Positions 39,544 through 48,984 of a DNA stretch of 64,000 nt are shown here, in pieces. The notes beneath the pieces are model-generated. The model was given only the letters and a program-made list of their open reading frames with translations. It was not told the DNA's origin and searched no databases. The DNA is from Rickettsiales bacterium (GTDB taxonomy: Bacteria; Pseudomonadota; Alphaproteobacteria; Rickettsiales; SXRF01), in assembly GCA_025464625.1 (NCBI GenBank), contig JAOAUZ010000004.1:18607-82606 (forward strand). The letters are read 5' to 3'. Numbering within the stretch: the stretch's first letter is position 1; the number at the start of each line of letters is the position of its first letter. A program made the position numbers and the translations under genes.

Positions 39544-40557
39544 TTACCGTGGGTTTAATGATTCGTTATAAACTCTGATCTCACCGTCGCTGCTGCGTAG
39601 TGCAAGCTCACCCGCCACACCTTCTATTACAAGCGAAGAATCCTTTACAGTTGCTGTAGCATTAGATTCATTGCCATTTGCACCGATGATAAAAGCACTT
39701 GGGGCAACTTTTCCAATTGATTTATATTTTACAAAAGTGGTCTTCCCATCGTCATATACCTGTAGTGGGGCTATAGAATCAGGACCAGCATATGTGTAGC
39801 TGTAATTAAAATGTATTGGTAATATGCCTATTGATGCAGGACTCGCTGGAGTATCAGAAATTGTTTGAGTTAGCTTCCCACTGGTTGAAGATGCAGGAAC
39901 TTTCAATATATGCTCTTCCTTACTGGACACACCCTGTACAGGAGCTGCTTCTCCTGAAGCTTTTAGTTGCTCAGGAGCAAAGTCACCGTAAGGTTCTGGC
40001 ATAGCCACATCACGTTTGTCTGGGTAGCTGAAACGTACAACATAAACATTGCTTTCATTTTTCTCGCTAACAGATTTTAACTCAAACTCATAGGAACGTT
40101 TGTTTGTAAGAAGGGTCATATTCGTAGTAATATCATCAGTCATCGGACGAACGAATAAACGATTACCAGCTGGGATTATCTGCCACAAGCTGCGATCGCC
40201 AACCGAAATCGTCTGGATGTCTTCTTTAGGGTCAAATACGATATTGGTTTGATAGCCATATTTTGTACGAATTACATAAACATTAGATTCATTGTATACC
40301 AGTTCTTTAATGCGTGCGCCAACAGCACCTGATTTTTGCGATTGAACAGCATCATCGCCAAGAGACAAAGCATCCTTATCAGTTTTATCTGCCTTGCTGG
40401 ACTTTTTATTTTTTCCAGAGCTAGAGACCTTTTTTTCAGTGGAAGCGTCATCGCTACCATCAGCAAATGCCTGATAAGGCGATGTTGCGGTTATAATAAT
40501 AACTGCCATCGGCAATGCGTTTGGCAGAATTTTTTTTATAATTTTGCGTGTCATCAT
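39544..40557 (-). CDS. virB9: Type IV secretion protein VirB9
   Basis: 337 aa with a signal peptide and CagX/TrbG-like core (YQTNIVFDP...SVGD). It lies between virB8 and virB10. Confidence 0.88.
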   Translation of the reverse strand: MMTRKIIKKILPNALPMAVIIITATSPYQAFADGSDDASTEKKVSSSGKNKKSSKADKTDKDALSLGDDAVQSQKSGAVGARIKELVYNESNVYVIRTKYGYQTNIVFDPKEDIQTISVGDRSLWQIIPAGNRLFVRPMTDDITTNMTLLTNKRSYEFELKSVSEKNESNVYVVRFSYPDKRDVAMPEPYGDFAPEQLKASGEAAPVQGVSSKEEHILKVPASSTSGKLTQTISDTPASPASIGILPIHFNYSYTYAGPDSIAPLQVYDDGKTTFVKYKSIGKVAPSAFIIGANGNESNATATVKDSSLVIEGVAGELALRSSDGEIRVYNESLNPR

Positions 40558-41225
40558 TTTGGCAATGCATCCTCATCTACACGGTAATCCGTAATACGGA
40601 AACCTAACGGGTTAATATAACGTTCTTCATTAGTAAGATCAAGTTTAACATACTCAAACATTAACGTTGCAATTTTATGATATTGTAACGTTCCACCATT
40701 AGCAGCAGTTTCTTCAATTAGCAAGCGCGCTTGTGCCTGATTCGGTTTTGGGTAGATAATTGACTTGAATTTGACTGACCTTGAACCAGCGGCACCCATA
40801 CGCGCAGCAACACTTTGCGGGTTGCTAGGATTGGCTTCACGCCTGAATTTGACATAGACTGGGTCTGGAACAGACATAACGCGCACCGTGGCGTAATTTC
40901 GTGTAACATCCTTTGCATGATAGCTTTCACGCGAGCGAATGTATTGAACTATAAAGAAATTATTGACCGCTTCAAGCCCAGTTATGTCTTTCACAGTGAG
41001 AGGATCAACCAGTTGAGTTATCCCGCTTTTCGCATCAACTTGAATCAAAAATGGTTCAACGCCTTTGAGCGGGGTAATATTCGCTATAACTATCATCGCC
41101 ATAAGCGTAGAGATCATTGATATTATGGTGATGATCATGAACAGGCGACGTTGCAACATAATCGCCTGATAACGATCTTTGTACCAGTTGCGTGATTCTT
41201 TAGTGTTGTTAGTCTGCTTGTTCAT
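40554..41225 (-). CDS. virB8: Type IV secretion protein VirB8
   Basis: 223 aa with NWYKDRYQ followed by a single TM helix and a periplasmic domain. First gene of the operon. Confidence 0.88.
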   Translation of the reverse strand: MNKQTNNTKESRNWYKDRYQAIMLQRRLFMIITIISMISTLMAMIVIANITPLKGVEPFLIQVDAKSGITQLVDPLTVKDITGLEAVNNFFIVQYIRSRESYHAKDVTRNYATVRVMSVPDPVYVKFRREANPSNPQSVAARMGAAGSRSVKFKSIIYPKPNQAQARLLIEETAANGGTLQYHKIATLMFEYVKLDLTNEERYINPLGFRITDYRVDEDALPK

Positions 41226-41418
41226 AGGTTATATAGACTGGCGTTAGATGGTAATTATGTCAATAGGATTAAGAAAATAAAACTATTCTAAGGATGCTTG
41301 TTTAACAAAGTGTTAACACGGAGGCAATTAATTTTCTAATTATAGCTGGCTATGTTTATTTATTTTTGTTTAACATTTGCTGCCTTTTTTGAATGCGGTT
41401 TATAGCTTATAGGATAAT

Positions 41419-41934
41419 ATGATAAAAATGGCAAAAATTACTCTCGTTTTAGGCGGTACTCGCTCTGGGAAAAGCTTGCATGCTGAGGCTTTGGCTGACA
41501 AAAGTACCAGCAATAAAATTTATATTGCCACTTCTGAAATTCTTGATGCGGAGATGGCGGAGCGTGTGAAAATCCATAAAGATAGGCGAGGGGATGGTTG
41601 GCAGACCATAGAAGAGCCGCTAGAAATTGCAAAAATCATAAAAAATACCCAGCAAGCTGTTATTTTGCTAGATTGCCTGACATTATGGTTATCTAATCTA
41701 CTGCACAAAGAACTTGAGGTAATACCGCAAATAGATATTTTAATTGAGGAGCTTAGAGCTACACAAGCAGAGGTAATTTTAGTCTCCAATGAAGTGGGGA
41801 TGGGGATAGTTCCAGAAAACGCTCTAGCCCGTAAATTTCGTGATTATGCGGGAATATTGCACCAACGCATTGCGGAAATAGCCGATGAGGTGGTATTGGT
41901 AGTGGCAGGTATTCCAGTGAAAATAAAAGGATGA
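41419..41934 (+). CDS. cobU: Adenosylcobinamide kinase / adenosylcobinamide-phosphate guanylyltransferase
   Basis: 171 aa with LVLGGTRSGKS P-loop. An alternative ATG lies at 41428. Confidence 0.9.
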   Translation: MIKMAKITLVLGGTRSGKSLHAEALADKSTSNKIYIATSEILDAEMAERVKIHKDRRGDGWQTIEEPLEIAKIIKNTQQAVILLDCLTLWLSNLLHKELEVIPQIDILIEELRATQAEVILVSNEVGMGIVPENALARKFRDYAGILHQRIAEIADEVVLVVAGIPVKIKG

Positions 41935-42542
41935 AAATGAGCGAGGAAGAAAAAAACCGCATCCATAAGCAAAAAATGGAAAAACGCAAAGAATTTCAAG
42001 ATAAATTGGTTGCCAGTGCCGATCAGAGCAAAAAATTGCTGATGGTTTATACAGGAACAGGCAAAGGCAAATCCACTGCTGGTTTCGGCACGATTGTTCG
42101 TGCGCTCGGACATGGTTATAAAGTTGGGGTGGTGCAGTTTATCAAAGGCGCATGGCAAACAGGTGAACAAGCCGCCCTTACCAAATTTGATAATTTAATC
42201 CGCTACGAGGTGGCTGGCGAGGGTTTTACTTGGAACACGCAGGATCGTGAAAAAGACATAAAAAAAGCCCGTGAAGCGTGGAATATCGCTATTGAAATGC
42301 TGGCGGATGATTCTTATCACCTTGTTTTGTTGGATGAGCTAAATATTGTGCTGCGCTATGATTATTTGCCTTTAGAAGAAGTGCTGGCGGCTCTTAAAAA
42401 ACGTAAAAACCATGTGATAGTAACAGGACGAAACGCCAAACCCGAGTTGATAGAAATAGCCGACCTCGTAACAGAAATGAAGCTCATCAAACATCCATTC
42501 CGTGAACAAGGCATCAAAGCACAAGAAGGAATTGAATTTTAG
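41931..42542 (+). CDS. cobO: Cob(I)yrinic acid a,c-diamide adenosyltransferase
   Basis: 203 aa. LMVYTGTGKGKSTAGFG and VLLDELN. Confidence 0.92.
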   Translation: MKMSEEEKNRIHKQKMEKRKEFQDKLVASADQSKKLLMVYTGTGKGKSTAGFGTIVRALGHGYKVGVVQFIKGAWQTGEQAALTKFDNLIRYEVAGEGFTWNTQDREKDIKKAREAWNIAIEMLADDSYHLVLLDELNIVLRYDYLPLEEVLAALKKRKNHVIVTGRNAKPELIEIADLVTEMKLIKHPFREQGIKAQEGIEF

Positions 42543-43934
42543 ATGACCGCTCGCTCGCTAATGTTTCAAGGTACTGGTTCAGATGTGGGAAAATCCCTGT
42601 TGGTAGCTGGATTGTGTCGGCTTCTGGCAAAGCAGGGGCTTAAAGTTGTGCCGTTTAAGGCGCAAAATATGTCAAACAATGCGGCAGTGGCGGATGATGG
42701 TGGCGAAATCGGGCGGGCGCAATGGTTACAAGCTGTGGCTGCTGGCGTTAAACCAAGCGTTCACATGAATCCTGTGCTACTAAAACCGCAATCAGATAAA
42801 ACCAGCCAAGTGATAGTGCGGGGCAAACTCACAGCAACAATGGGCGCAAGTGAATATCAGAATTACCGAAAATCACTACTACCGCAAGTGCTGGAAAGCT
42901 ATAATTTACTGGCAAAAAATACCGATATTGTTCTGGTGGAAGGTGCAGGCAGCCCTGCTGAAATCAATCTGCGGGAGAATGACATAGCCAATATGGGATT
43001 TGCCCGTGCAGCGAATATCCCTGTGGTGATGATTGGCGATATTGAGCGAGGCGGAGTAATCGCCAGCCTTGTGGGAACGCACGCTATTTTGGCTGATGCT
43101 GACAGGGAAATGATAAAGGCTTTTATCGTCAATAAATTCCGTGGCGATGCGAGTTTGTTTGCCAGTGGAGCGGCAGAAATAGAAAAACGTACAGGTTGGC
43201 AGAATTTAGGACTTGTGCCGCATTTTGCCGAACTTACTAAGCTGCCACAGGAAGACTCTCTGGCTCTTTTTTCCTTAAGCCTTAAGCCTCAAGCCTCAAG
43301 CTTTAATATAGCCGTTCTCCAAACTCCCCATATCGCTAATTTTGATGATATTACTCCTCTGGCTAATGATCCAAATATAAATCTGATATGGGTAAAGACG
43401 GGTGAAGTGATTCCTGCTGATGCCGATATTGTGATACTCGCTGGCAGCAAATCAACGATAGCAGATTTGAAATTCATCAAAGCGCAAGGTTGGGATATTG
43501 ATTTGCAAGCGCACAGACGGCGGGGCGGGCGGATTATCGGCATTTGCGGCGGTTATCAGATGCTGGGAAAAACTATCTCTGACCCGCATGGCATGGAAGG
43601 CACGCCCGAAACTATTGAGGGGCTTGGGATGTTAGAAATAGATACCATTCTCACCACTGAAAAAACTGTGCGTAATGTCTCAGCCACAGGTTATGAAATT
43701 CATGTGGGAAAAACAACAGGCGCAGCAACTTCAGAAGATGGGCTGGTGTGGGGCAGTTATGTTCATGGCTTATTTGCTGATGACGAGTTTCGTAGGAACT
43801 GGATGCCAGCCTCCGCTGGCATGACAAGTTATAATTACCAACAACACACACAAAAAATCCTTGATGATTGGGCGGATATTTTAGCAGAAAATATCAATAT
43901 AGAAAAATTGTTAGAAATTTGTCATTCCGAATGA
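42543..43934 (+). CDS. cobQ: Cobyric acid synthase
   Basis: 463 aa. LMFQGTGSDVGKSLLVAGLCR with a C-terminal GATase domain (GICGGYQMLG). Confidence 0.93.
   Translation: MTARSLMFQGTGSDVGKSLLVAGLCRLLAKQGLKVVPFKAQNMSNNAAVADDGGEIGRAQWLQAVAAGVKPSVHMNPVLLKPQSDKTSQVIVRGKLTATMGASEYQNYRKSLLPQVLESYNLLAKNTDIVLVEGAGSPAEINLRENDIANMGFARAANIPVVMIGDIERGGVIASLVGTHAILADADREMIKAFIVNKFRGDASLFASGAAEIEKRTGWQNLGLVPHFAELTKLPQEDSLALFSLSLKPQASSFNIAVLQTPHIANFDDITPLANDPNINLIWVKTGEVIPADADIVILAGSKSTIADLKFIKAQGWDIDLQAHRRRGGRIIGICGGYQMLGKTISDPHGMEGTPETIEGLGMLEIDTILTTEKTVRNVSATGYEIHVGKTTGAATSEDGLVWGSYVHGLFADDEFRRNWMPASAGMTSYNYQQHTQKILDDWADILAENINIEKLLEICHSE
43273..43300. repeat. Four tandem heptamers inside cobQ
   Basis: CCTTAAG CCTTAAG CCTCAAG CCTCAAG, read directly. 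It encodes the ...LSLKPQASS... linker. Confidence 0.8.
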
Positions 43935-43987
43935 AATGAGGAATCTTTGCAAAGTTCTCTTGCATCGTTTCGCTAGGTCGAGATGAC
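43921..43987. repeat. GTCAT...ATGAC MITE-like element, copy 2
   Basis: GTCATTCCGAATGAAATGAGGAATCTTTGCAA...TCGAGATGAC. ATTTGT occurs at both junctions; on the left the final GT also forms the first two bases of the element. It contains the cobQ stop (43932-43934) and the cbiB stop (43973-43975). Confidence 0.75.
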
Positions 43988-44905
43988 ATTTGTAATCAGC
44001 AAAATAAGCAATAGCTCAGCGCAAATTATCACATATATCCGTAATGATTTTTGCAAATCTTTTATGGTTATTTCGCAGCGATTGCCTTCACCAATTAAGG
44101 GCGCAGAATATTCTTCACCATCATAACTGCGCTTGCCACCAAGACATACGCCCAGCGCATAAGCCATCGCTGCTTCAGGGTAGCCTGAATTGGGCGAAGC
44201 ATGTTTTTTTGCTTCTTTTATGATTGCCCTCACCCTAGCCCTCTCCCAGAGGGAGAGGGGATAAGAAACAATAATAAGTAACGCACTCAAGCGGGCAGGG
44301 ATGAAATTGGCTACGTCATCCAGCCTTGCTGCTGCCCAACCAAAATATTTGTAACGCTCGGTTTTGTGGCCGATCATGCTGTCGGCAGTGTTTATGGCTT
44401 TATAGCAAGCAATCGCAGGAAGCCCGCCCAAAACCGCCCAAAATACAGGCGCAACCACGCCATCGCTAAAACTCTCGGCGAGGCTTTCAATAGCAGCTTT
44501 GCATATTTCTGATTCATCGAGATTTTCGGTATCCCGCCCCACGATTTTTGCTAGTTTAAGGCGGGCAGCTTCTAAATTGTTCTGACGCAAAGCCTGATAA
44601 ACAGCATTTACATGATCATACAGGCTGCGGGTTGCCAGCAAGCTCGCCATTAAAACCACCTCAATATAAATATTGCCGAATTTTTGGATAGGCAGAGTGA
44701 TAGCAATTGTAACAACCAGCAAAGCCGCCATAGTGAAGATTCCTGCTGTCACCCCGCACTTATTGCGGGGTCTGGTGTTGCAGTTATGTTCCAACCAAGA
44801 TATAACAGCACCCATCCACACCACAGGGTGTTTGATTTTGTTATAAATAAATTTCGGATAACCAAAAGCGGCTTCCAAAATATAGGCGATGAGTAAAGTG
44901 TACAT
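43973..44905 (-). CDS. cbiB: Adenosylcobinamide-phosphate synthase
   Basis: 310 aa, multi-TM. HASPNSGYPEAAMA signature. Confidence 0.9.
   Translation of the reverse strand: MYTLLIAYILEAAFGYPKFIYNKIKHPVVWMGAVISWLEHNCNTRPRNKCGVTAGIFTMAALLVVTIAITLPIQKFGNIYIEVVLMASLLATRSLYDHVNAVYQALRQNNLEAARLKLAKIVGRDTENLDESEICKAAIESLAESFSDGVVAPVFWAVLGGLPAIACYKAINTADSMIGHKTERYKYFGWAAARLDDVANFIPARLSALLIIVSYPLSLWERARVRAIIKEAKKHASPNSGYPEAAMAYALGVCLGGKRSYDGEEYSAPLIGEGNRCEITIKDLQKSLRIYVIICAELLLILLITNVIST
44227..44259. repeat. 33-bp palindromic element, in-frame inside cbiB
   Basis: CCCTCACCC TAG CCCTCTCCC AGA GGGAGAGGG. It is translated on the minus strand as PLSLWERARVR. Confidence 0.8.
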
Positions 44906-44907
44906 AA

Positions 44908-45897
44908 ATGACTAATAATATAGATGGTGTCTTTACGCAACATGGCGGGAATTTGTCTTTCATCAGTGAGAATTTTCCTGATGCGCCACGCCCGTTTATT
45001 GATCTTTCCACAGGCATCAACCCTTATCCTTACCAGCTAAATATGAATGAGGCGGATTCTTTTCGCCTTGCCGATATAAGGCAAATGGAAAAAGCCAGAA
45101 AAGCAGCAGCGCAATATTACGGCGCAAAACCAGAAAATATAAATCTGGCAGCAGGGATGCAGCCTTTGATGTTTGCTCTTGCCGCTTTGCGTTTGCAAAA
45201 ATTTGGCGTGGCGAAAGTTACGATCTTATCGCCGACTTATAGCGAGTATGAAAGTTTGTGGCAGGCAGCATGGCATCAAATAATAAATGTGCAGAATATA
45301 GATGATTTAGCTGGGGGCGATGTGGCGATAATTTGCAGCCCTAATAATCCTGATGGAAAAATTTATTCTCCTGAGCAGTTAAAGCAGCTAAAGAATGACT
45401 GGTTGATTGTTGATGAATCTTTTGCTGACTTGAGCCCTCACCCTAACCCTCTCCCAGAGGGAGAGGGAATTATTGTGTTTCGTTCTTGCGGCAAGTTTTT
45501 TGGCATAGCTGGGCTTAGGGTGAGTGCCGCTATTGCCCCACAGGAAATCAGCGATTATTTGCGCCTAGTGGTTGGAGATTGGTCGCTCGCCACGCCAGTT
45601 TGCAATGCGCTACCCGCAATGTTTGCTGATAGCGAGTGGATAGAAGAAACTAGGGTAAAATTAGCGCAGGAAGCAGAAATCTGGCGGGAGATTCTAGCAA
45701 AATATTTTACTATTATTGGCTATACATCACTCTTTACTTTGGTAAAAACAGATGACGCTAATAGTTGGCATGAACATTTAGCAAAACAGGGGATTTTGGT
45801 GCGGAAATTTGATTATAATAATCGCTGGTTGCGTTTCGGACTTCCTGATAAAAAATATATAGAAAGAGTGGAGCAAGTATTGTCATTCCGAATATAA
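44908..45897 (+). CDS. cobD: L-threonine-O-3-phosphate decarboxylase (aminotransferase class I/II fold)
   Basis: 329 aa. LIVDESFADL...FRSCGKFFGIAGLRV, in cob cluster context. Confidence 0.85.
   Translation: MTNNIDGVFTQHGGNLSFISENFPDAPRPFIDLSTGINPYPYQLNMNEADSFRLADIRQMEKARKAAAQYYGAKPENINLAAGMQPLMFALAALRLQKFGVAKVTILSPTYSEYESLWQAAWHQIINVQNIDDLAGGDVAIICSPNNPDGKIYSPEQLKQLKNDWLIVDESFADLSPHPNPLPEGEGIIVFRSCGKFFGIAGLRVSAAIAPQEISDYLRLVVGDWSLATPVCNALPAMFADSEWIEETRVKLAQEAEIWREILAKYFTIIGYTSLFTLVKTDDANSWHEHLAKQGILVRKFDYNNRWLRFGLPDKKYIERVEQVLSFRI
45435..45467. repeat. 33-bp palindromic element, in-frame inside cobD
   Basis: CCCTCACCC TAA CCCTCTCCC AGA GGGAGAGGG, one mismatch from the copy at 44227. It is translated as PHPNPLPEGEG. 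Confidence 0.8.
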
Positions 45898-45953
45898 TGA
45901 GGAATCTTTGCAATTTTATAAAGACAAGATCCCTCGGCTGCGCTCGGGATGAC
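45882..45953. repeat. GTCAT...ATGAC MITE-like element, copy 3
   Basis: GTCATTCCGAATATAATGAGGAATCTTTGCAA...CTCGGGATGAC. It contains the cobD stop codon (45895-45897). Confidence 0.75.
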
Positions 45954-45970
45954 AATGTAAGGAAAAACAA

Positions 45971-46570
45971 ATGACAACATTACAAATAAACTGGATTCGT
46001 CATTTGCCAGTGGAAAATAAAGGGCGATATATAGGGCATACTGATATTCCCGCCATAATCCCAAAGGAAGCAGCAAACCTTGCTGTGCCTCTGCCGCAAG
46101 ATGCATTGTGGTTTGCAAGCCCGCTTATGCGGGCGGTTGATTCGGCTCATTGGCTGATGCAGTCGGTGCGGGAGAATATCGCTCCGCTTAATATCGCAAA
46201 TGAACTGATGGAGCAGAATTTTGGCATTTGGGAAAATAAAACTTACGAAGAAGTGTGGAGCATCGCAGAAAATTCGCAAAATTGGCAAAGCCCAGCCATG
46301 ATAAAACCACAAGGCGGAGAAAGTTTTATCGGGCTGTGCGCACGGGTGGATCACTGGATAGAAAATATGATGAAAAAAGTAGGCGGGAAAAATTTAGTGG
46401 TGGTTGCACATGCTGGAACTATCCGCGCGGCACTTCGCCACACACTTAACCTTATTCCTGAACAAGCCCTTAATTTTACAGTTGATTACGGCAGCATTAC
46501 GCAGGTGGAATATTTTTTACCATATGGCAGCGATAGCGGTGGTGCGCGAGTTAATTATGTGAATAGATAA
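45971..46570 (+). CDS. cobC: Alpha-ribazole phosphatase (histidine phosphatase family)
   Basis: 199 aa. The catalytic-His motif is WIRHLP (variant of RHG), with a VVVAHAGTIRA block. It lies next to cobS and cobT. Confidence 0.75.
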   Translation: MTTLQINWIRHLPVENKGRYIGHTDIPAIIPKEAANLAVPLPQDALWFASPLMRAVDSAHWLMQSVRENIAPLNIANELMEQNFGIWENKTYEEVWSIAENSQNWQSPAMIKPQGGESFIGLCARVDHWIENMMKKVGGKNLVVVAHAGTIRAALRHTLNLIPEQALNFTVDYGSITQVEYFLPYGSDSGGARVNYVNR

Positions 46571-47309
46571 GGAATATCAGCAGCAATGCAACCTCGCTAA
46601 TTTGTTGAGCAGCACCGAGGACATCACCAGTTATTCCGCCGAAATTTTTATTAGCGATTTGTTTTATAGCTACATAGATAATCGCAAGGGAAAAAATAGC
46701 GGTTATAGTAGCAATAATTTTTCCTGTTAGCAGCAGGCTGCAAATAGCAATGGAAATTGCGATAATAACCTGTTCTGTAGCGGGTTTTCCTGCTCGGGCT
46801 GCTAACCCATAATCGCGGGCATAGGGAACATTTTGCATAAAAATCGCCAAAAACGAACGGCTACAGGCAGCGGTTGCAATGAATATCATAATAGTTGCAA
46901 AATTCCCTGTAAAACCAGCAATTAAATTAGCACGCAACGAGATTACGGTAATCAATGCCAGCACACCATAACTACCGATTCGACTATCGCGCATGATGGA
47001 AAGTTTTTGTTCGCGGTCGCGCCCTGCTGCTAGTCCGTCGGCAGTGTCAGCCAGTCCATCCTCATGCAGCCCGCCAGTGAGCAGCAGGTGAAAGCCGATA
47101 GTTAGCCATGCGCTTATAATTGTTGGTAATCCTATAGCGAACATTAGCAGATAAAATACACCGTCCAGCAAGCCAATTAGCGCACCTATTACAGGGAAAT
47201 AAGCTGCTGCTTGCGCCAGCGTAAGTGAGCCAAAGTCACGCTTACCAATAGGTATGCGGGTAAAAAAGCTAAGTGCAAGCAAAAATTTCTGTATCATAAG
47301 GCAATACAT
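46551..47309 (-). CDS. cobS: Adenosylcobinamide-GDP ribazoletransferase (cobalamin synthase)
   Basis: 252 aa membrane protein. SFFTRIPI and HEDGLADTADG. Confidence 0.9.
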   Translation of the reverse strand: MYCLMIQKFLLALSFFTRIPIGKRDFGSLTLAQAAAYFPVIGALIGLLDGVFYLLMFAIGLPTIISAWLTIGFHLLLTGGLHEDGLADTADGLAAGRDREQKLSIMRDSRIGSYGVLALITVISLRANLIAGFTGNFATIMIFIATAACSRSFLAIFMQNVPYARDYGLAARAGKPATEQVIIAISIAICSLLLTGKIIATITAIFSLAIIYVAIKQIANKNFGGITGDVLGAAQQISEVALLLIFLIYSHN

Positions 47310-47326
47310 AGTTTATAAAGCGATAT

Positions 47327-48322
47327 ATGTCACTTTTTTTAGATAAAAATTCATTACCACAATTTGACCCAGCGATGTATGCCAGTGCGCGAGCGCGTCT
47401 TGACAACCTCACCAAACCGCAAGGGTCGTTGGGGCGGTTGGAGGATGTGGCAGCGTGGCTTTGTGGCTGGCAGCAAACACTTAAACCGAGAACAGATAAG
47501 GCTTATACGCTGATATTTGCGGGCAATCATGGTGTTGTAGCGCAGGGTGTATCGGCTTTTCCATCGGAAGTTACTGTGCAGATGGTGGCTAATTTTGAAA
47601 ATGGTGGAGCTGCTATAAATCAGCTGTGTAAATCTGTGCCATCTACTTTGCGGGTGATTCCGCTTTCGCTTGATAAGCCAACTAAAGATTTTACCAAAGA
47701 AGCAGCAATGACAATGCAAGAATGTGAAGAAGCATTCAAAATTGGTATGGAATCTGTTCCACAAGATGCAGATATTTTGGTTATTGGTGAAATGGGAATT
47801 GGCAACACCACTGTTGCTGCTGCTTTGGCTCACGCGCTTAGTGGAGGTGTTGCTGCTGATTGGGTTGGGGCAGGCACAGGAATTGACGAAAAAGCCATTG
47901 CAAAAAAACGTGAAGTGGTAGCGCAGGCGGTTGCACTTCATAAAAATAATCTGGGTAATACGCTAGAGGTTTTGCGCCATGTTGGTGGGCGGGAACTAGC
48001 TGCTATGGCAGGGGCTATTTGGCGTGCGCGACAATTGCGAGTGCCAGTTATTTTAGATGGGTATGTGGTGACGGCAGCAGCAGCAATGCTTACTCTTACA
48101 GCAAAAGACGCTCTCGCTCATTGCATTGCAGGGCATTTATCGGTTGAGGCGGGGCATAAAAAATTGTTAGAATTTTTAGATATGAAACCGCTACTGGATT
48201 TGGGAATGCGTCTTGGCGAAGGAAGTGGTGCGCAGGTTGCTTTGGCGGTGGTGCGCTGTGCTGTTGCAACTTTTACTGGTATGGCAACATTTGAAGAAGC
48301 AATGGTGGCTGGTAAGAAATAA
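47327..48322 (+). CDS. cobT: Nicotinate-nucleotide--dimethylbenzimidazole phosphoribosyltransferase
   Basis: 331 aa. LDNLTKPQGSLGRLED and IGEMGIGNTT. Confidence 0.93.
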   Translation: MSLFLDKNSLPQFDPAMYASARARLDNLTKPQGSLGRLEDVAAWLCGWQQTLKPRTDKAYTLIFAGNHGVVAQGVSAFPSEVTVQMVANFENGGAAINQLCKSVPSTLRVIPLSLDKPTKDFTKEAAMTMQECEEAFKIGMESVPQDADILVIGEMGIGNTTVAAALAHALSGGVAADWVGAGTGIDEKAIAKKREVVAQAVALHKNNLGNTLEVLRHVGGRELAAMAGAIWRARQLRVPVILDGYVVTAAAAMLTLTAKDALAHCIAGHLSVEAGHKKLLEFLDMKPLLDLGMRLGEGSGAQVALAVVRCAVATFTGMATFEEAMVAGKK

Positions 48323-48984
48323 TGACCAATAATCACGCTTTTTCAGACTTAGAAAAACAGGCGGTTTATCGCGCTATTGGGCAGAGGCGAGATGTGCGCC
48401 GTTTTCACAGCGAGCCGATAGCAGATGATATTTTGCAGAGGATTCTGCAGGCGGCAGCGCATGCGCCTTCGGTTGGCTATATGCAGCCATGGAACTTTTT
48501 AATTATCCGTGACATACAAATTCGCAAAAAAATCCATGATGCTTTTATGGTTGCCAATGATGAGGCTAAAGAAATGTTTGAAGGGGAGCGTAAGAGCGCT
48601 TATGCTGCTCTGAAGCTGGAGGGCATTACTGAATCGGCACTTAATATTTGCATAACCTGTGACCGCAGTCGTTTTGGCAAGGTGATATTGGGGCGTACCC
48701 ATCAGCCAGATATGGATTTATATAGTAGCGTGTGTGCAGTGCAGAATCTGTGGCTGGCAGCGCGCGCAGAAGGGGTGGGTGTTGGTTGGGTGAGTATTAT
48801 AAAACCAGAGGATTTGCAAACTATTTTGCGCTTGCCTGAAAATGTAGTGCCGATTGCTTATTTATGTGTAGGCTATACTGATGTTTTTGCTGATGAACCA
48901 GAGCTTAAAACTAGCGGTTGGTTACCAGAAATTCTATTAGCTGAATTGATATATTATGAGCGTTGGGGTAATAAAGAAAAATGA
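48322..48984 (+). CDS. bluB: 5,6-dimethylbenzimidazole synthase
   Basis: 220 aa, nitroreductase fold. AVYRAIGQRRDVRRF. Confidence 0.88.
   Translation: MTNNHAFSDLEKQAVYRAIGQRRDVRRFHSEPIADDILQRILQAAAHAPSVGYMQPWNFLIIRDIQIRKKIHDAFMVANDEAKEMFEGERKSAYAALKLEGITESALNICITCDRSRFGKVILGRTHQPDMDLYSSVCAVQNLWLAARAEGVGVGWVSIIKPEDLQTILRLPENVVPIAYLCVGYTDVFADEPELKTSGWLPEILLAELIYYERWGNKEK

Noticed and set aside
41226-41418. Cobalamin riboswitch upstream of cobU. I also checked 50885-51040 upstream of cobW.
   Set aside because: I could not find a B12-box-like consensus or the surrounding conserved GC-rich helices. Both regions are AT-rich. A covariance-model scan would be needed to exclude it formally.
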